64,000 bases of DNA from Octopus sinensis (Eukaryota), in the NCBI RefSeq assembly GCF_006345805.1, contig NC_043003.1, forward strand, positions 11,470,001 through 11,534,000, given 5' to 3'. Made by a program: the position numbers and the translations under genes. The notes beneath the pieces are model-generated. The model worked only from the letters and a program-made list of their open reading frames with translations. It did no database searches and had not been told where the DNA came from. Below, in pieces: positions 60,791 to 64,000 of this stretch (positions are counted from its first letter, which is position 1; each line of letters starts with the position of its first letter).

Positions 60791-61279
60791 ATTGGTTGAA
60801 GCAAGTAAAGGGATTTTTTTAAAAAAATCAATAAGTATTTAAACATAAAGTGTACTTAGAAATCCTGTTGTGTTGATGATTACAACGTTAGTATTTAGTA
60901 ATTACAACTGTTAATACTTACGAGTCCTCATACATACTCCCTTAAAATGCTAAGAAAGCAATACATTCCATGCTGGGAAGTTTTATTAGATGTTGTGTTT
61001 AATGTCCAATAATTGTGTTGCTGTGAAGCATATTTAAATTTGTCTGCACATGCATTCTAATAACTTCTATTGTCACACACGCACCACAAATGTGTTCACA
61101 CATGCAGAATAATAAGAGGCTACAGACTTCAACAAGGTGCTCAACAGATATTCATAAAATTGCAAATGTTTTTTTGTTTTTTTTTTTGCGCTACAGTACA
61201 AGTCGATAGCGTGATAAAATAGATGAAAAGAGCTAGGGTTTGATGCACTATATAAGGAAGTGTGTGTGTGTGTTTTTCA

Positions 61280-61530
61280 TCACCATCATTGTTTAACGTC
61301 TGTTTTCCATGCTAGCATAGGTTGGACGGTTCAACCAGGGTCTGGAAAGCCAGGAGGCTGCACCAGGCTCCAGTCTGATCTGGTAGAGTTTCTACAGCTG
61401 GATGCCCTTCCTAATGCCAACCACTCTGTGAGTGTAGTGGGTGCTTTTACGTGCCACCGGCACAGGCGCCAGGCGAGGCTGGCAACGGCCACGACTGGTT
61501 GCTGCTTTTTATGTGCCACTGGCACGAAGG
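61280..61530 (-). mobile_element. Group C element, near-consensus
   Basis: Reverse complement of the 13706-13966 type. Confidence 0.88.
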
Positions 61531-61626
61531 TTTTTGTTTCGGCAACTATATCTTTTGTCAGGCACTTTGAAAAACTCAGAAGTTGTACTTGTTGCAATTG
61601 TTTACTCTGCTCCATAATACATTTAA

Positions 61627-61641
61627 GAACTGTGCTTCATC

Positions 61642-61672
<31 letters not shown>

Positions 61673-61850
61673 ACCATCCCTGCTTCTATGTTGCCACGGT
61701 TTGGATGGTATGACCAGAACTAATGAACCTGAGGGTTATGCTGAGCACCAATGTCTGCTTTCTAAGCAATTTGCCCTAATGTCAACCACTTTATAAAGTG
61801 TAGTGGACAATTTTTGTTTTCCTTGGTGTCACCACTGGTGAGGTCAACAA
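61627..61850 (-). mobile_element. Highly diverged group C element
   Basis: (ATC)n tail; 'GCCCTAATGTCAACCACTTTA'. Confidence 0.55.
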
Positions 61851-62614
61851 GTGCTTGTAAGACAAAACTGACCCCCCCCCTTTCCCCATTGAGTTGAGTA
61901 TAGTATTGAGGAATATGAAGGTATGATAGAGAGACAAAAACAGGTGTCATGTTGAAGAGTTGAGTACATGGCTTGCCCACTTAGAAATCCTGGAATAAAA
62001 AAACTGTCTTCCAAAATAGACTCACTTTTTGTTAATATTTTGAAGTTTAAAAAAAAAAAACAAATGTTTAGTCATATTTATTGTAATTGCTTTTTAAAAT
62101 ACATTGGAAAAGTCCATGTATTTCTATGCAAAATGGAAAGCAAATTTGGAAGTGACCTTTTGCACTTTTACTGGTGTAGATTGTAAAAGTGTGACTAATG
62201 TAAAGTCAACATTGTGAAAAGAAAACACTTTCAAAAGATTTTTCAGAATAGTAATAAATTGAAACACAACATCTTAAATTTTCAGGAATTAAAAAGAAGT
62301 GTTCTGTTATTATCTTGCATGTAAAATTTTGTTTTCTGATTACTTTACATCAACAACTATGAACAAACATGAATTCTGTATAATTACTGCTGCCAACTTG
62401 CTGCACAGAAGGATATAATAGTTGTAATGCAGGATGTAAACACTTTCATTGTGTTTTGTTTAAATACTTTATACTTTATTGGATACTTTTGTTCTTTCAG
62501 TAGAAGTGTATATAGTGACAGTTATAATAATTACAGTATTGCAGGAACAGAAGTAGTTATGTATGATTGTTATTGATTTTTGTTGTTTTGTTTTGTTTTT
62601 ATGAATTTGATCTT

Positions 62615-62945
62615 CATGTTAGATGCAGGTTTGGCTGTGTCAGTAAGAAGCTTGTTTTGCGAACATTTGGTTTCAGGTTTCAATCCCAATGTGTCGCAAC
62701 TTGTACATCTACTAAAGCCCCAGATCGAACCCCATGCCTTATGAGTGAATTTAGTTGACGGAAACTGTACAAAGCGTTTTGTGTGTATGTGTCTTTACCT
62801 TTATATTTCCCCTTCCCCATAACTTAGCAGTTTGTTAAAAGCAATTGATAGAATTAGAAAATTACGTACTGGGGTCAGTTTGTTAGACTAAACCCTTAGA
62901 GGTAGTGCCCCAGGATGGCTGCAGTTAAATGACAGAAACAAGACA
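62615..62945 (+). mobile_element. Diverged SINE group A
   Basis: 'TTTGGTTTCAGGTTTCAATCCC...GGTAGTGCCCCAGGATGGCTGCAG'. Confidence 0.7.
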
Positions 62946-62974
62946 AGGTATTAAATGAAGTAGTGGTTTCATTA

Positions 62975-63112
62975 AGTTAGGAAGGGCATCCGTCCATAGA
63001 AACCAAATCAGACTGGAATCTGGTGAAGCTCTCACAGCTTGCCAGCCCTGGTCAAACCATCCAACCCATGCCATTATGGACAACGAACATTTATTGATGA
63101 TGACGATGATGA
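62975..63112 (+). mobile_element. Group C 3' fragment
   Basis: 'GTTAGGAAGGGCATCC...CCATCCAACCCATGCC' plus (GAT)n. Confidence 0.8.
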
Positions 63113-63113
63113 T

Positions 63114-63300
63114 TTAACCATTTAGTATACTCTGTCAAATGTAATCTTCATTTATTCACATTGTTTTGAATTAATCTTGCATTATCTCAAAGCTTTGAGA
63201 TTTGAATGGTGTAATTGTTTATTTTGAGAATGGCATTGCAGGGTAGATGTAGGAGTCAGATCTGGACAAGTTGAACATAAGACTGGTGTAATATTTAGTC
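63114..63300 (+). mobile_element. piggyBac-type MITE family II, partial
   Basis: TTAACCATTTAG left end; interior matches 25910-25990 and 26200-26290. Confidence 0.7.
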
Positions 63301-63339
63301 CATATTCTTCCATAAGTAGCACGGGGCTGGTCTCCTCAT

Positions 63340-63510
63340 TTCTCTGACGTACACATTCCTTCCTGGATGGGTCACTTCTTTTTACCTGCTGAATGGGATG
63401 AAGCAATGTGAAACAAAATGTCTTGCTCAAGAACACAATCCAGTCCATAAATTGAAACCACAATCCTACTGTCATGTGTCCAAAGCCTTAACCACTAAAC
63501 CATGTATCTC
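63340..63510 (-). mobile_element. SINE group E
   Basis: 'GCAATGTGAAACAAAATGTCTTGCTCAAGAACACAA...TAACCACTAAACCATGT'. Confidence 0.7.
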
Positions 63511-63580
63511 TACATATGGACAGTTCAAGTGCTAAAGAGTTAATGTGTTATCACACCCATAGAAAAAACTGAAGATAATT

Positions 63581-63790
63581 GGCAGAAATGTTAGCATGCC
63601 AGGCGAAAGGCTTAGCAGTAGTTCGTCTGTCTTTACGTTTTGAGTTCAAATTCCACTGAGGTCAACTTTGCCTTTCATCCTTTCAGGGTTGATAAATTAA
63701 GTACCAGTTGTGTATTGGGGTCATTCTGATAGACTGGCCCCCTCCCCCAAAATTTTGTGCCTTGTGCCTAGAGTAGGAAAGAATATTATT
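63581..63790 (+). mobile_element. SINE group B
   Basis: 'GAGTTCAAATTCCACTGAGGTCAACTTTGCCTTTCATCCTTTCAGGG'. Confidence 0.85.
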
Positions 63791-64000
63791 GTGAATTTAA
63801 CTTGCAATATATACCAGCTCAGGCAATGGATATACCATATTTACTAGTGTATAAACTACACTTCTAATTTGAAGTTGAATCTTGATACAAAATATTTTTT
63901 TCCCCCTTCATAGTTTTAGCTTTGCCCTGTGTATCAATCGCACCCTAGTTTATCTACTTAAAATCAAGCAGAAAATGTTGTGACTTGTATTAGCATAAAG

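Noticed and set aside
61260-61796. 178-aa ORF, and similar 'LQLDALPNANH' or 'KVPCSGTEP' ORFs across the window
   Set aside because: These are antisense readings of group C and group A repeats; the same peptide recurs at every copy.

Overview
AT-rich eukaryotic (metazoan) genomic DNA, almost certainly intronic or intergenic. It is saturated with microsatellites, tandem repeats and short transposable elements. The SINE motifs (tRNA-like heads, CORE-like 'CCTTGGGCAAGTGTC', Nin/Deu-like 'GACTTTGCCTTTCATCCTTTCGGGGTCGATAAATTAAGTACCAG', (GAT)n tails) match my recollection of Octopus/coleoid repeats; this species assignment is an inference, not a database result. No long or recognisable protein-coding ORF is present. 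The long ORFs in the track are translations of microsatellites or SINEs. Supported content: more than 50 SINE copies or fragments in about 8 sequence groups (labelled A-G here, my labels), TTAA-flanked piggyBac-type MITEs, hAT-type MITEs, one non-autonomous Helitron, two foldback elements, decayed LINE remnants, one degenerate 5S rRNA copy and several minisatellite arrays. A few short candidate exons and a possible signal-peptide first exon (minus strand, 27653-27729) are reported only as low-confidence leads. I did not find a clearly novel multi-gene system. The most interesting signals are repeat-level: a ~315-bp foldback nested in a SINE, modular SINE head/tail swapping, a 5S copy abutting a SINE head, a satellite array apparently born by internal deletion, and many inverted SINE pairs. 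Most element boundaries were read by eye and are approximate (about +/-10 bp).
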